Below are positions 1-11,231 of a DNA stretch of 64,000 bases, piece after piece (position 1 is the stretch's first letter; the number at the start of each line of letters is the position of its first letter). Below the pieces are notes generated by a model. That model was not told the origin of the DNA. It saw nothing but the letters and a program-made list of their open reading frames with translations, and did no database searches. Where the stretch lies: positions 64,001 through 128,000 of the forward strand of contig CAVWCX010000007.1 of the NCBI GenBank assembly GCA_963753595.1, given 5' to 3'. The translations under genes and the position numbers were made by a program. The stretch comes from Candidatus Methanoperedenaceae archaeon. Its GTDB lineage: Archaea > Halobacteriota > Methanosarcinia > Methanosarcinales > Methanoperedenaceae.

Positions 1-305
1 TGGCCAGATAATTCCCCTAATTTTCGAGCAACTATCCCTTCCGGAACTGTCATTAGATATTCGCATCTTACCACTGATGTTTTGGCAAGACCTGAACGAA
101 TGAATTCATCAGTCCCCTCTTCTATTATAAACTCGGTCTGCTTAACATCATCAATTCTTTGGGAAGTTATTCCGGCAAGAATAACATCATCAAATCTTCT
201 TTCGATACTATGATCTGAAACGATAAGAGCTGGTCTTGCTTTTTGCTGGACTCCATCAATTGTAATAAATGGGAAAGGTAATATTACAACATCTCCTCGT
301 ATCAT
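1..305 (-). CDS. PemK/MazF-family toxin (partial, runs off window start)
   Basis: Not in the ORF track. Hand translation from ATG 305 gives MIRGDVVILPFPFITIDGVQQKARPALIVS...VILAGITSQ...SGLAKTSVVRC, matching PemK GD-V/RP-ALIVS motifs. Confidence 0.85.
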   Translation of the reverse strand, partial: MIRGDVVILPFPFITIDGVQQKARPALIVSDHSIERRFDDVILAGITSQRIDDVKQTEFIIEEGTDEFIRSGLAKTSVVRCEYLMTVPEGIVARKLGELSG

Positions 306-510
306 AAATATCTTCTTCTGGTGAGTCCCATATTTTGGATAAAGACCTTTGTTGCAAAAGAAGTGAACTTTCGTCAATTTGTGATTTAGATGTACCGGGA
401 TGTTGACTCTTAAGATATTTTGCGAAATCAATTACTTCAATAATTTTGTCTTCCGGCAGCTTATTAACAACTTTTATCAGTTCCTTTTCATATTGTCTTA
501 CCTTTAGCAT
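256..510 (-). CDS. DUF2281-like antitoxin
   Basis: LPEDKIIEVIDFAKYL and C-terminal WDSPEED motifs; overlaps the PemK toxin start. Confidence 0.7.
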   Translation of the reverse strand: MLKVRQYEKELIKVVNKLPEDKIIEVIDFAKYLKSQHPGTSKSQIDESSLLLQQRSLSKIWDSPEEDIYDTRRCCNITFPIYYN

Positions 511-658
511 CTTATCTTCCTTTTTCTAAGGTAATATTATTAAACTCAGTCATATAAAGGCTTTGTCTATGAGTTAATGAAAATAACGAAAAAATCTAAT
601 TATATAGACTCACAATACTTAGGATCATGAGTCTAATCGTTATTTAGCTTTTGATCTA

Positions 659-2071
659 TCATTTTTCTTTGTTTTTGAACACAATACGATCAATCGATAT
701 CTTCGCATTCTTGAAAGAGAGCTTCACCCCTCCGTTCCCTCCGCCGAATTGCATCGGCATCATGGGCATTCCGGCAGGCATGGACGGAGCAGGCATTGAC
801 CATCCGGGCGCTGCCTGTGTTTCAGATGATGGTTCTTCAGCTTCGGGAACAGTTTCTTCCTTTGTCCAGCGTTCCATTATCGGATGCTGGCTTTTCTCAA
901 GGAACTCTTTTAATGTCTTAAGATCAGTAGCATTTTCCTCAGTCGGTAATTTATCCACAAGTTCTGGAGGAATATCCGCTTTTATCTTTTCTTTCAGGTT
1001 CCTGGGCATCCACACAACGCGCTTCCATCCGCCATCAGGCTGAATGAATTTTGGTGACCGGAAATAATTTACGCCAACCCCAAGAAAACCTATGATCTGT
1101 TTGCCGCCGCCCGTCTGTCCGGCCATTGTTGAGAAAGCAAGGCCGTTGGGGGCAATACCTGTGAAATCCCTGTCAACCCAGCCGATACCGTCAACTTCAG
1201 GAATATAAAATCCTACTACTTCAAAGCAACCGCAGCTTGTGTGAGGGAATTCAAAGAATGAATGTATCTTGATGCGTGAATATTCACCGCCTGATAATGC
1301 TACTGCCTTCTCATTGACTCCTGAATATTCACCTCCGATCGCGTCGATAACTTCACCTTTTGGAATAGCGAACTGGGGTCCTTCAGGATCAACCTTTGCT
1401 GCAGCGCGGCCATCAAACCAGTTGATAGCGCCGCATAGGGATATCCTGTCTGGTGTAACAACACATGCATTTGTCGGGGCAAAGCTCTGGCACAATGTGC
1501 AGCCATAGAACACATCCACATCTTCATCATGAAGGCCGCGAGTCCTTGCATCCCTTGCCTCATAGATCTTTATTGCTTCTGCTCTTCGTTTTTCGACTTC
1601 ATCTGCATCAGTAACAAAAGTGGCATCTATCTTCTCAATAAAAGATAATTCGTTCTTAAAGAGCATCATTGTGGCTTTAGCGATCTGCTCAAATGACGTA
1701 AGACCTTTTTTAATAGCATCCTTATTTATCCGCACCCACATGTCATACCGCTGGTTAAGATGCATGTAACCCTGGATATAATTCTGGAAATCATGATTTC
1801 GACGCTCTACGATCGCCTCAAGATCGGGTTCTACCAGTTTTCCTGCGATCCGGTAGATCATCGCAAAAGGATGGCGTGAGCCTTCCTGCATCTGGGAGAG
1901 GTCCGGTCCGATAAGAGTAAATTTTCCGTCCTCTATTTCATCTATTCCTGCTGCCCTTACAAGCTCAAATCCTCGTGATTTGGGACCTGCGAGTTCAACA
2001 AACATATCATCTTTTCGTACGCGTTCACCCTCGAACATGGGTGAGATTTCAAAGGGAAATTCGTTTGCCAT
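659..2071 (-). CDS. cdhC: ACDS complex beta subunit (acetyl-CoA synthase)
   Basis: FEISPMFEGERVRK, CTLCQSFAP and PHTSCGCFE A-cluster motifs. Confidence 0.97.
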   Translation of the reverse strand: MANEFPFEISPMFEGERVRKDDMFVELAGPKSRGFELVRAAGIDEIEDGKFTLIGPDLSQMQEGSRHPFAMIYRIAGKLVEPDLEAIVERRNHDFQNYIQGYMHLNQRYDMWVRINKDAIKKGLTSFEQIAKATMMLFKNELSFIEKIDATFVTDADEVEKRRAEAIKIYEARDARTRGLHDEDVDVFYGCTLCQSFAPTNACVVTPDRISLCGAINWFDGRAAAKVDPEGPQFAIPKGEVIDAIGGEYSGVNEKAVALSGGEYSRIKIHSFFEFPHTSCGCFEVVGFYIPEVDGIGWVDRDFTGIAPNGLAFSTMAGQTGGGKQIIGFLGVGVNYFRSPKFIQPDGGWKRVVWMPRNLKEKIKADIPPELVDKLPTEENATDLKTLKEFLEKSQHPIMERWTKEETVPEAEEPSSETQAAPGWSMPAPSMPAGMPMMPMQFGGGNGGVKLSFKNAKISIDRIVFKNKEK

Positions 2072-2106
2072 GATTATCGTCCTGTTCTTTTATTTTATTA
2101 TTTTCA

Positions 2107-2670
2107 TTATTTTGGTAACTGGGCTATAACTTCATCAAGCGCTGCGATGAACACATCCTGCTTGAGATTGCCGAATGACATATCCGCATTCGGATGATAG
2201 TATTTATCTATCGAAATTACTTTAATAGTTGAGAAATTCTTAAGCGCGGATATGGCCTGGGAAGCATAATAATAGGTTATCCCGAAAAACACGACCAGGT
2301 CATATCCTCCTTTCCCATCAAGTCCTGGCCAATGCGGGTCGCAAAGATATGATGCAAGAGCATGCATATTTATATAATGTGCATCAAGTTCCTTATCTGC
2401 AAGGTATTTATAAGAATCTCCCACTGAGGCGATTTGTATTCCGGCCCTGCCAAACAAAACAACTCTTGCAAGAACATCCTCATCGCCTATTTTAGACCCT
2501 ACTATCAACAACGGCCTCTTTGCCTTTGCAAACATTTTTCCGGCAACAGCAGCCATCACTGCACGCGCCATTTTTGGCCCGGGAATATTTCCGGTTTGAT
2601 AAGGGACAGCCTGGCGTGTAGTGTCAATTACTTTTTCTTCATGTTTTTCAACAAGTTCCTTCGCTTTCAT
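2107..2670 (-). CDS. cdhB: ACDS complex epsilon subunit
   Basis: [21 protein letters not shown] and [12 protein letters not shown] motifs; lies between cdhA and cdhC. Confidence 0.95.
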   Translation of the reverse strand: MKAKELVEKHEEKVIDTTRQAVPYQTGNIPGPKMARAVMAAVAGKMFAKAKRPLLIVGSKIGDEDVLARVVLFGRAGIQIASVGDSYKYLADKELDAHYINMHALASYLCDPHWPGLDGKGGYDLVVFFGITYYYASQAISALKNFSTIKVISIDKYYHPNADMSFGNLKQDVFIAALDEVIAQLPK

Positions 2671-5039
2671 TTCTTAACCTCCTTGCACAGGCGGGGAACA
2701 TTGGTCGGCTGGAATGAAACATCAACTTTCCTGAGGGGGCCTTCAAGTATTTTCTTTTTCTCCCAATCGATCTTCCATCCCTTCTTTTCCAGTAATTTCA
2801 TAAGTTGCTCTTTTTTAGCTACAGGAAGGTCTGCTTCATTTCTCACATAAATGTGCCAATCATCAGGCATCTTGTTCATGTATTTTTCGCTCAATTCAAT
2901 ATAATGCGTGAGCTTAATAGCCCGCCCGAGGCTGTTATCGCTTGGCCTGAAGCAGAGCTTGGCAAGAAGCGGCATTAACTCATTCTTTGTTTCTGCGGTT
3001 ATCATAAGGTGCTCTGGTGCAGGTTCAACATTGACCACAGATCCGTCCCTTCCATCCAGTACGTTCCAATCGTCTTTCTTATATGGTTTCCCGATAAAAG
3101 CCCGCCTGTATTTTGTACCGTGAGGTCCGACAACGACAGGGATCCCAAGCCTGTTGCAGCCTGTTCCGATAGAAAAAGCTTTCTGGGAGTAAGCTCCCCA
3201 TGCTATCCCCACTGCTCCAACCCTGTTAAGGACGTAATCTGCGATCTCTTCCCAGTTGCCTTTTGTCTTTCTTCCCGCAAATATAGAAGCAACTTTTATA
3301 GTCGTTGCAGCTATGTGGGCATTTGAAACGCAGGAACCGGTATTCAGGAGGTTGCCTTTGACGAATCTTCCGGGGTAGCGCTCATATAGGGTCTTTCCGT
3401 CTTTATCTTTAAACATCCCTATGTCCATTGCAGAGCAGCCTGAAGAAATTATAATATAGCTGCGCTGTATCATTTCTTCAACAATATCATAAACATCCTT
3501 TGTGCCATCCGGATAATTTCCGCAGCCAACAAAAGCAAGTACTCCCGGGGTTGTTCCAAGAACAAGATTTCGTCCTTCCTCACGTATCTCAGGGTCGCCT
3601 ATCTGTCCTCTTCCGATCCTCATTTTACCTTTTTCTTCTCTTATCACGCGCTGTGAAGCTTTCTCGATAACATTCAATATCGGGATGTCGGAAGGACAGC
3701 TAAAATCACATCGTCCGCATCCTATGCATTTATCATGCAGCGTTTCAAAAAGCGAAAAATTCCCATCCACAGCAGCCTCCATAGCATCAGATATCGGAAG
3801 GCTCTGGGGGCAGTCACGTGTGCACTGGAGACATTTAGTACATTTTGCAACAAGTTTCTTGAGTTCCTTTTCACTTGGAAGTGCTGTATACCCTTTTGAT
3901 TTCCGTATGGGCCCTATTTTCATTGCAAGTTTAGGGATAAGTTCCCCGACCTTTTCAAAATCAAGAAGGACTACGCCTGGCTGTTTTCCACTTACAAGGT
4001 CATTTAATATATCATCAACGTTATCATTTGACCTGTCCGGCAAACCATATGTGATTTTTTCATTCGTGGCAATTACAGGAATATGAAGTTTTTGTGCTTC
4101 CTTTAATATATCGGCCCTGACACATTGTTCATCAGTTATCAGGACATCGGGTATTCCTGACCTTATATATTTAAGTTCCTTGCTCATGGAACCGATGATC
4201 TTAGCAGTTTTATTATAACGTGTCATATCGTGGGCAGTACAGCACAATCCTGCGATCTCAATTTTATCAAATAAGCCATTCTTGTCCATGTAATCAAGAA
4301 TATATGCAGGGGCCGCAATATTATGCCCGACGCATATAACGACAGGTTTTTTCGGATCTAGTATTCCCATCCCCATCTCTGCCAATGGGGCTTTTTCATC
4401 AGACTTCGGGAATCCCAGGCAGGATATCTGGATGATATCAGCGACTTCCATACCGAGAAGATCAAGCATCCCTGCATGCAGGGCTTTTGATTCAAAATCA
4501 CGAGCAGCCCCTTCCTGGCCTGTATTTGTGGCAGCAATAAGCTGTGTTAACTGTTCTTCAACATATTCAAGAACAGGGATAAAATCTCCAATTGTTTTAG
4601 GGGTAATGCCCATTATTGTTTCGGTCAGGGGAGCTTTAAGATTGCTTGGACCAACATCAATTGGAAAGTCTGCGCCATATTTCTTGATAAGGTAATTAAG
4701 AAGATGTCTTCCATGGGCGGAATGGCATGCCGAGCCCATAATACTTATTAAGAGAGCCTGCCGTGCCGACTGCCCTTCCAGGTCTATTCCACATGCTCCT
4801 TCCTTATTCCCTGTGAGGTCACATTTACCATATGTACAGAAATCACAGGTATCTCCAGTCGGTGTATAAACCGGGTTATACCTGTCAATAATACGATAAT
4901 CCCAATTTCGAAGACCTATTATCTCAGGTCTGGGTGTAGGCCCTTCTGCTATTTGTTCTTCTTCTGCCCCCACCTTGCCTATGTTTATCTGGACGTTCTC
5001 CAATTCTTCTATTACGAAACTTCCTTTCTTTGGGTTCAT
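2667..5039 (-). CDS. cdhA: ACDS complex alpha subunit (CO dehydrogenase)
   Basis: [28 protein letters not shown] and two CxxCxxCxxxC ferredoxin motifs. Confidence 0.97.
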   Translation of the reverse strand: MNPKKGSFVIEELENVQINIGKVGAEEEQIAEGPTPRPEIIGLRNWDYRIIDRYNPVYTPTGDTCDFCTYGKCDLTGNKEGACGIDLEGQSARQALLISIMGSACHSAHGRHLLNYLIKKYGADFPIDVGPSNLKAPLTETIMGITPKTIGDFIPVLEYVEEQLTQLIAATNTGQEGAARDFESKALHAGMLDLLGMEVADIIQISCLGFPKSDEKAPLAEMGMGILDPKKPVVICVGHNIAAPAYILDYMDKNGLFDKIEIAGLCCTAHDMTRYNKTAKIIGSMSKELKYIRSGIPDVLITDEQCVRADILKEAQKLHIPVIATNEKITYGLPDRSNDNVDDILNDLVSGKQPGVVLLDFEKVGELIPKLAMKIGPIRKSKGYTALPSEKELKKLVAKCTKCLQCTRDCPQSLPISDAMEAAVDGNFSLFETLHDKCIGCGRCDFSCPSDIPILNVIEKASQRVIREEKGKMRIGRGQIGDPEIREEGRNLVLGTTPGVLAFVGCGNYPDGTKDVYDIVEEMIQRSYIIISSGCSAMDIGMFKDKDGKTLYERYPGRFVKGNLLNTGSCVSNAHIAATTIKVASIFAGRKTKGNWEEIADYVLNRVGAVGIAWGAYSQKAFSIGTGCNRLGIPVVVGPHGTKYRRAFIGKPYKKDDWNVLDGRDGSVVNVEPAPEHLMITAETKNELMPLLAKLCFRPSDNSLGRAIKLTHYIELSEKYMNKMPDDWHIYVRNEADLPVAKKEQLMKLLEKKGWKIDWEKKKILEGPLRKVDVSFQPTNVPRLCKEVKK

Positions 5040-5263
5040 TTATTATCTCCACTGATTACAAATATTTGAATGAGCTTCTTTCAGATCCACACTGCCTCAC
5101 ATGTTAGTATTTATCCAATGCTATTTGAATTCTTTTATCCTTTCACAAATTGATGTATAATCTACATCAATATACTTATACGTTATCCCTTTTATCACTA
5201 TCATCCATTATATTTTTTAAAACATTAGTATTATCTTATAAAAAAAACAATCAACAAGGCCCA

Positions 5264-5848
5264 ATGAATATTAACTATAAAAATACAAAAATTAAATATA
5301 CCTCTTCAGTTTATGAACCCGCTGAAGATTCTTTTCTGCTGGCAGAGGCAGCTTTAGACCAGATAAAAGGTTCGCAAAGGGTTTTAGAAGTCGGGTGCGG
5401 AAGCGGCATAATTTCAGCGGTTATTAAGAACAATACCAGTGCAGTGATCATTGGGATAGATATAAACCCTTATGCTGCAGCATGCACAAGAGATAATGGT
5501 GTTGAAGCAATAAGGGGCAACTTGTTGGACTGTATCAGGGGGAAATTTGACATAATAATATTCAACCCGCCTTATCTTCCTACTGATGAATCTGAAAGAA
5601 CCAACGACTGGATAAATTGTGCATTGGATGGGGGATGTGATGGCAGGGAAGTAATCAACAGGTTCCTTGCGGATGCAGTCACTCACTTGCTTGAAAATGG
5701 AAGGATATTGATGCTTGTATCCTCATTCACGGGGATAGAAGAAGTAAAATCAAAGATGAAGGAACTGGGTTATGGTGTAAAAGAAGTGAGCAAAGAGAGA
5801 ATTAGTTTTGAGCAACTTATGGTCATAGAAGCAACAAAGATTACATAG
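5264..5848 (+). CDS. HemK2/PrmC-like SAM methyltransferase
   Basis: VYEPAEDSFLL, LEVGCGSG and FNPPYLP motifs; likely start is ATG 5264. Confidence 0.9.
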   Translation: MNINYKNTKIKYTSSVYEPAEDSFLLAEAALDQIKGSQRVLEVGCGSGIISAVIKNNTSAVIIGIDINPYAAACTRDNGVEAIRGNLLDCIRGKFDIIIFNPPYLPTDESERTNDWINCALDGGCDGREVINRFLADAVTHLLENGRILMLVSSFTGIEEVKSKMKELGYGVKEVSKERISFEQLMVIEATKIT

Positions 5849-6081
5849 TTAAGCTAACGATTTTTCAGGATATTCAGATTTAGCTGGATTTTTTGCATTT
5901 ATATTCTGGCCACATTATGGCCATATTATCACATTTGTGTTACTTCCCGGGTGTCGGTCAAAAACTATATATCCTACTACAGAACAATACCATTGTAATG
6001 AGTATGATAATAATAATCATAATAATAATGATAATTATTAATCACACTAAAAAGGAATGAATTGCGGGAGGTTCAATAAAA

Positions 6082-6183
6082 ATGAGACAAAAAACACAGC
6101 AAGAAATCGATAACGAAATCGAGAATCTGGAGTATGAGATCAGATGCTCGAACGAAATGAGAGAACAAAACGGAGGTGAATAA
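6082..6183 (+). CDS. 33-aa small protein
   Basis: MRQKTQQEIDNEIENLEYEIRCSNEMREQNGGE, preceded by GGGAGGT; below the ORF-track cutoff. Confidence 0.45.
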   Translation: MRQKTQQEIDNEIENLEYEIRCSNEMREQNGGE

Positions 6184-6186
6184 AGT

Positions 6187-6375
6187 ATGCATAACTTACA
6201 TAATGTAGAAACCTGGTTCAATGGTAACACAGCATGTCATAATGACCCTACAAAAAAAATGTGTGACCACTGCATGGCTTGCCGTCCTCTAAATTGCGAC
6301 GAACATGAATGTGACAGAGCAGGCAGATGTATGTGCAATAGAACACAGTGTATATGCCTGGGAAGACTTACATAA
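6187..6375 (+). CDS. Cys/His-rich 62-aa protein, possibly metal-binding
   Basis: 10 Cys in 62 aa; GGAGGTGA RBS upstream. Confidence 0.55.
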   Translation: MHNLHNVETWFNGNTACHNDPTKKMCDHCMACRPLNCDEHECDRAGRCMCNRTQCICLGRLT

Positions 6376-6457
6376 ATCTAATATATTATTCAATAATTCC
6401 TCATTTCCTGGCCATAGTATTAACTATGGTCAAGAAATGAGAACCCTTTCCCCGGAT

Positions 6458-6739
6458 TTAAACTTCTATTTCTGCAAACCTGTCAATGTCTGTCCTGTGG
6501 CCCCAGATATCCCCTGTTAACAGTTTTATATTTTTCATTTTTAAAAGTGTTTTTGTAGTATTTGATATTGTTTTCTGGTAAGATGACGGCAACTGGATTC
6601 TTTTTAATTTAGTCGCAGCATTTACCAGTTCGAATATGTTTTTTTCAGATGGCCTGAAACAGAAATGTACGTTCTCTTCTTTTCCTTCAACATCTTTGAG
6701 GTCTTCCTCTGCGCCAATAATTCTGAAAACTACCTTCAT
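6458..6739 (-). CDS. DUF1699-family protein
   Basis: VHFCFRPS...QLPSSY...GDIWGHRTDI, characteristic of this Methanosarcinales family. Confidence 0.85.
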   Translation of the reverse strand: MKVVFRIIGAEEDLKDVEGKEENVHFCFRPSEKNIFELVNAATKLKRIQLPSSYQKTISNTTKTLLKMKNIKLLTGDIWGHRTDIDRFAEIEV

Positions 6740-6928
6740 ATTATTATTAATAGTGATTCATACTATTTATATTTTTTACTTTAGAAACTGTAGTTTGTTA
6801 ACCAGTACCCACTTAAAACCTTTGGTAGATTTTTTCCTCATGTGAAATATATGCAACCAAAGACACATTTTCATTATTTGATTACCTGCATTAAACCCAA
6901 ACCTGATAAAAGCATATTATAAAGCATA

Positions 6929-8854
6929 TTATAACTCCGATCTCAGCTTTGCTATCCTGTCCCTTATCTTTGCAGCTTTCTCAAATTCCTGGCTCTTGGC
7001 AGCCCGATGCATCTCAGCCTCAAGCTCCACAATATAATTGAAAATCTCCTCTTTTGGCGGCGCCTCCTCGGTTATCGCACGCGGTTCCACTGCCTTTCGT
7101 ATCGTTTGCGGTGTGATGTTATGCTCTTTATTATATTCTACCTGCATCGTCCGCCTTCTATTTGTCTCATCTATTGCCCTTTGCATTGAACCTGTTATCC
7201 TGTCTGCATACATTACGACTTTCCCCTCAACATTCCTTGAAGTTCTCCCTATTGTCTGCAAAAGAGAGCGGTCAGAACGCAGGAAACCTTCCTTATCAGC
7301 GTCAAGGATGGCTACAAGCGCGACTTCCGGCAGGTCAAGCCCTTCACGAAGGAGGTTTATCCCTACGAGCACATCGAACTCGCCAAGGCGCAGTCCCCTG
7401 ATGATCTCGATCCTCTCCAGTGTTTCTATCTCAGAATGCATATATCTTGCTTTGATCCCTGCTCCCAGAAAATATTCTGTAAGGTCTTCTGCCATTCGTT
7501 TTGTAAGTGTTGTAACAAGGACCCTGAATTTTTTTGCGGTTTTTGCGCGGATCTCCCCGATCAAGTCATCGATCTGTCCAGTTATGGGTTTAATTATGAT
7601 CTCAGGGTCAACAAGCCCTGTGGGGCGGATGATCTGCTCCACGACCTGTGCGCTTAAAGCCACCTCATAATCCGCAGGTGTTGCCGAAACATACAGCACC
7701 TGGTTCACCCTTTCACTGAACTCATCGAATGTGAGGGGACGATTATCGTACGCAGACGGCATCCTGAAACCATAATTCACTAAAGATTCTTTCCGCGCGT
7801 GGTCTCCTGCCTGCATTCCCCTGATCTGCGGGATGGTAACATGCGATTCATCGATCACTATAAGAAAATCCTTCGGGAAATAATCTATAAGCGAGTACGC
7901 CGGCTCACCCTCTCTTCGGCCATCCATGTGGCGGCTGTAATTTTCTATTCCCTGGCAGTACCCGATCTCATGCATCATTTCTATATCGAATTTTGTCCGC
8001 TGTTCAAGGCGTGCTGCTTCCAGTATTTTTCCTGTCCGCTTTAGTTCCTGTAATCTTCCCTTGAGTTCCTCTTCTATTGATTCGATAGCAAGATCGATCT
8101 TTTCCTGGGGCATAACGAAATGCTTGGCAGGATATATGACCAGGGCATCTTTTTCAAGGATCGTTTTCCCTGTCAGGGGATCAAATTCACAGATGCGTTC
8201 TATCTCATCACCGAAAAGTTCGATCCTGACCCCGGTTGATGCATAAGAAGGGAATACTTCGATCGTATCGCCGCGTGCCCGGAATTTCCCTGTACTGAAA
8301 TCCATGTCATTTCGTTCATATTGCATATCCACAAATCTTGAAAGTATCACCTTTCGCGGCGCTTCATCTCCTTTTCGAAAAAGAATGGACATATCACGCC
8401 ATTCCTGGGGCGATCCGATCCCGTAAATGCAGGAAACGCTTGCCACTACGATTACATCCCGTCGTTCGAACAGGGATCGTGTGGCAGAAAGCCGCATCCT
8501 GTTGATCTCTTCGTTTATGGAAGCGTCTTTTTCAATATAAGTATCAGTCTGGGGGATATACGCTTCAGGCTGGTAGTAATCATAATAGCTTACAAAATAT
8601 TCAACTGCATTTTCAGGGAAAAAAGCCTTGAATTCTGAGTAAAGCTGTGCCGCAAGGGTCTTGTTGTGAGAAATAACAAGAGTTGGGCGCTGGACATTCT
8701 GGATAACATTGGCGACTGTGAATGTTTTCCCGGAACCGGTCACACCAAGGAGTGTCTGGTGCTTCATACCCTGGTTAAGACCCAGGGTCAGTTTCTCGAT
8801 AGCTTTTACCTGGTCGCCTTTTGGCTCAAATACTGATGTAAGATTAAATTGCAG
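6929..8854 (-). CDS. uvrB: Excinuclease ABC subunit B
   Basis: [23 protein letters not shown]-terminal UVR coil. The homologous N-terminus extends to a CTG at 8854. Confidence 0.97.
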   Translation of the reverse strand: MQFNLTSVFEPKGDQVKAIEKLTLGLNQGMKHQTLLGVTGSGKTFTVANVIQNVQRPTLVISHNKTLAAQLYSEFKAFFPENAVEYFVSYYDYYQPEAYIPQTDTYIEKDASINEEINRMRLSATRSLFERRDVIVVASVSCIYGIGSPQEWRDMSILFRKGDEAPRKVILSRFVDMQYERNDMDFSTGKFRARGDTIEVFPSYASTGVRIELFGDEIERICEFDPLTGKTILEKDALVIYPAKHFVMPQEKIDLAIESIEEELKGRLQELKRTGKILEAARLEQRTKFDIEMMHEIGYCQGIENYSRHMDGRREGEPAYSLIDYFPKDFLIVIDESHVTIPQIRGMQAGDHARKESLVNYGFRMPSAYDNRPLTFDEFSERVNQVLYVSATPADYEVALSAQVVEQIIRPTGLVDPEIIIKPITGQIDDLIGEIRAKTAKKFRVLVTTLTKRMAEDLTEYFLGAGIKARYMHSEIETLERIEIIRGLRLGEFDVLVGINLLREGLDLPEVALVAILDADKEGFLRSDRSLLQTIGRTSRNVEGKVVMYADRITGSMQRAIDETNRRRTMQVEYNKEHNITPQTIRKAVEPRAITEEAPPKEEIFNYIVELEAEMHRAAKSQEFEKAAKIRDRIAKLRSEL

Positions 8855-8979
8855 AGTTATCCCTTCAGTTAAGATTTATCCAATTGATATTAAAGGGAAT
8901 CCTGTGATCATTTTCCATGGAGTCATAACATTAATATACCCATGTGAGCAATATATATGATACTAATGATGAGAGGTAT

Positions 8980-11142
8980 ATGAGGTACAATATGTGTTAT
9001 AAGACAGAAATACGACAAATATTTTACAGCATCTGTGCTCTGCTGCTGCTCTCCGTGGCGGCTTATGGGGCATCGGTTTCTGAAATTGAACCCAATGATG
9101 ATATGGACCATGCTACATCCATAAACGCCGGGGACGTTGCCAATGGCGTAGTGGGGTATGATAACAAAGATTTCTTCAAACTTACTCTGCCGCAGTCGGG
9201 CATAGTTACAGCCAAACTGTCAGGTTATTCTGACTGCCAGTTCGAGGTAACGGTAGTTGATTTTGGCTATGGCTGGGGTATTGGTTCCCTGGTTAGTGAG
9301 AACGGTAAACCTTCCACCATTTCCTTCTCGGCGCCGAAGAATAAACCCGGGTATTTAAGAGTTGGAATAAGGACAGTGTCTGGTGTTTCCGGCGGTGAAG
9401 GCGGCAAATACTGGAGGATAATCCAGTGCAACAAAGACGGACCATACTACACCACACCCGGACCTGCAGGCGAGGCATCCATGACCATCACCACATATGA
9501 AGGTAAACCGGTATATCCACCACTTACCTATCAACTCGATGTCAGCCTTGCAGCATTGCCCGACCAGTACGAACCGAACTATGAGGAGGGTACACCCAAA
9601 GAGGATATGCTTGCCAGAGGGATAATAAAAACCATACCAATAGGCCAGGAAATTACAGCTTACCTGTTTAATGAGCATCCAGCGGTTTTGAAAGGAACAC
9701 CTGGGTATGAAAGCAGTTGGTCATATGGCGGTGAGAATGATGTGGACGTATATCACGTTTCCTTATCACAACCAGGTACGGTTAACGTTCACCTCGGCAA
9801 TTTTCCAGCTAATGCAAACAGTAGAATTATTATAACCCGGCCTGATGGGAACTCGTATGAATCCGCAACTGGAGCAACAGATTTTTCGACGGAAGTGACC
9901 AAACCGGGTAATGTTTTCATCGAGATAAGCAAGGGGAGAGAAACCGGAAACCTTGTTTATTCTACTACCCCCTACAATTTGCTCGTGACTACAGGTGCAG
10001 CAGCAACACCAACCGCCGTACCAACAGTCACATCAACGGTCACACCAACTGTCACGGCGACAGTCACCGCAACAACTACTCCCGCCAAGCCATCCGGCGG
10101 TGAACTTGTTAAAAATGGAGACTTCTCCGGAGGTTTGAACGGCTGGACGATCCAGGAATGGTACAAACCATCTGACGGTAAGGGTGAAGTGACTGAGGTT
10201 TCCGACGGCATCCGCTTCAGAAGCACAAGCGGCAACACCCATATAGGAATAATGCAGACCATCAACTCCGATGTATCAGGATGCAGCGCCTTGAATCTCA
10301 GGGCTGTGATAAAAGCTGATGAGCAGTCGCTTGCAGGCACGGGCTGGAATGGCAGGGAATCCCCAATATCGGTTTTTGCGCGCTACACAGATGTAAACGG
10401 CGTATTGCACGGCAACCTCGGCGAAGATCCTAAAGAACAAAATCGCATGTCATGGGCTGGTTTATATTACATTGACCCGACAGGAAAGAACATTGCGGAT
10501 TTTGGAATAAAGACGCAAAAAGGTGAATGGTACACCTACGAGACTGATCTGATGAAACTTTCGCCCAAACCCAGGACCATTGACATCATCGGCGCAGAGG
10601 GTGCCGGATGGGCAACACGCGACGGCGTGGTTAAGTCCATCAGCCTGAAATGCGTTGCTGTAGCATCTACCGCAAGCCGGACTCCAACACCTTACACACC
10701 TGCAAAAGTAACATATACACCAGTAGTATCAGCAACGGAAACGACAGACTCAGGTGCAAGAGATTTCAGAGTAGCTATATCGCCTACAAGTATGACCGTT
10801 AATCCCGGAGATACTTTGAGGTTGACATTAACAGTTGTGCCAAGCGGAGGATTCAACGAGCCGGTTGAGATCAGTGTCAAAATAAAGGCGCTGGGCCAGG
10901 AACGGGATCTAGGGCAGGTAACGACTATCTATCCACCCTATCAGCCATACGTATTTGAGAACCAGGTTCCGGGTGAAATACCAAAAGGAACAACAATATA
11001 CGGTTATGTAACTGGCAGGGGCGCAGGACTTGAGCGTAATGCTGACACGGTAACTGTCAAAGTTCCCGGCTTTGGGGTATTGGCAATGTTTGTGGCATTA
11101 ATTGCCGTATTCCTGATAAGAAGGAAAAAAGAAAAAGAATAA
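8980..11142 (+). CDS. Secreted PGF-CTERM cell-surface protein
   Basis: Signal peptide, EIEPND and D.YEPN pre-peptidase-like modules, Thr/Pro linkers, LVKNGDFSGGL carbohydrate-binding-like module, and C-terminal VPGF + TM + RRKK. Confidence 0.8.
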   Translation: MRYNMCYKTEIRQIFYSICALLLLSVAAYGASVSEIEPNDDMDHATSINAGDVANGVVGYDNKDFFKLTLPQSGIVTAKLSGYSDCQFEVTVVDFGYGWGIGSLVSENGKPSTISFSAPKNKPGYLRVGIRTVSGVSGGEGGKYWRIIQCNKDGPYYTTPGPAGEASMTITTYEGKPVYPPLTYQLDVSLAALPDQYEPNYEEGTPKEDMLARGIIKTIPIGQEITAYLFNEHPAVLKGTPGYESSWSYGGENDVDVYHVSLSQPGTVNVHLGNFPANANSRIIITRPDGNSYESATGATDFSTEVTKPGNVFIEISKGRETGNLVYSTTPYNLLVTTGAAATPTAVPTVTSTVTPTVTATVTATTTPAKPSGGELVKNGDFSGGLNGWTIQEWYKPSDGKGEVTEVSDGIRFRSTSGNTHIGIMQTINSDVSGCSALNLRAVIKADEQSLAGTGWNGRESPISVFARYTDVNGVLHGNLGEDPKEQNRMSWAGLYYIDPTGKNIADFGIKTQKGEWYTYETDLMKLSPKPRTIDIIGAEGAGWATRDGVVKSISLKCVAVASTASRTPTPYTPAKVTYTPVVSATETTDSGARDFRVAISPTSMTVNPGDTLRLTLTVVPSGGFNEPVEISVKIKALGQERDLGQVTTIYPPYQPYVFENQVPGEIPKGTTIYGYVTGRGAGLERNADTVTVKVPGFGVLAMFVALIAVFLIRRKKEKE

Positions 11143-11154
11143 CAAAATACATGT

Positions 11155-11180
11155 GAACTGGAACTTTTTGGTTCCAGTTC
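11155..11180 (+). terminator. Hairpin, putative terminator
   Basis: GAACTGGAAC/GTTCCAGTTC perfect 10-bp stem followed by a T-rich tract. Confidence 0.55.
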
Positions 11181-11231
11181 TGTTCTTATTTTATATCCCT
11201 AAATTTATGCTATTCATTATATTGGTGTCGC

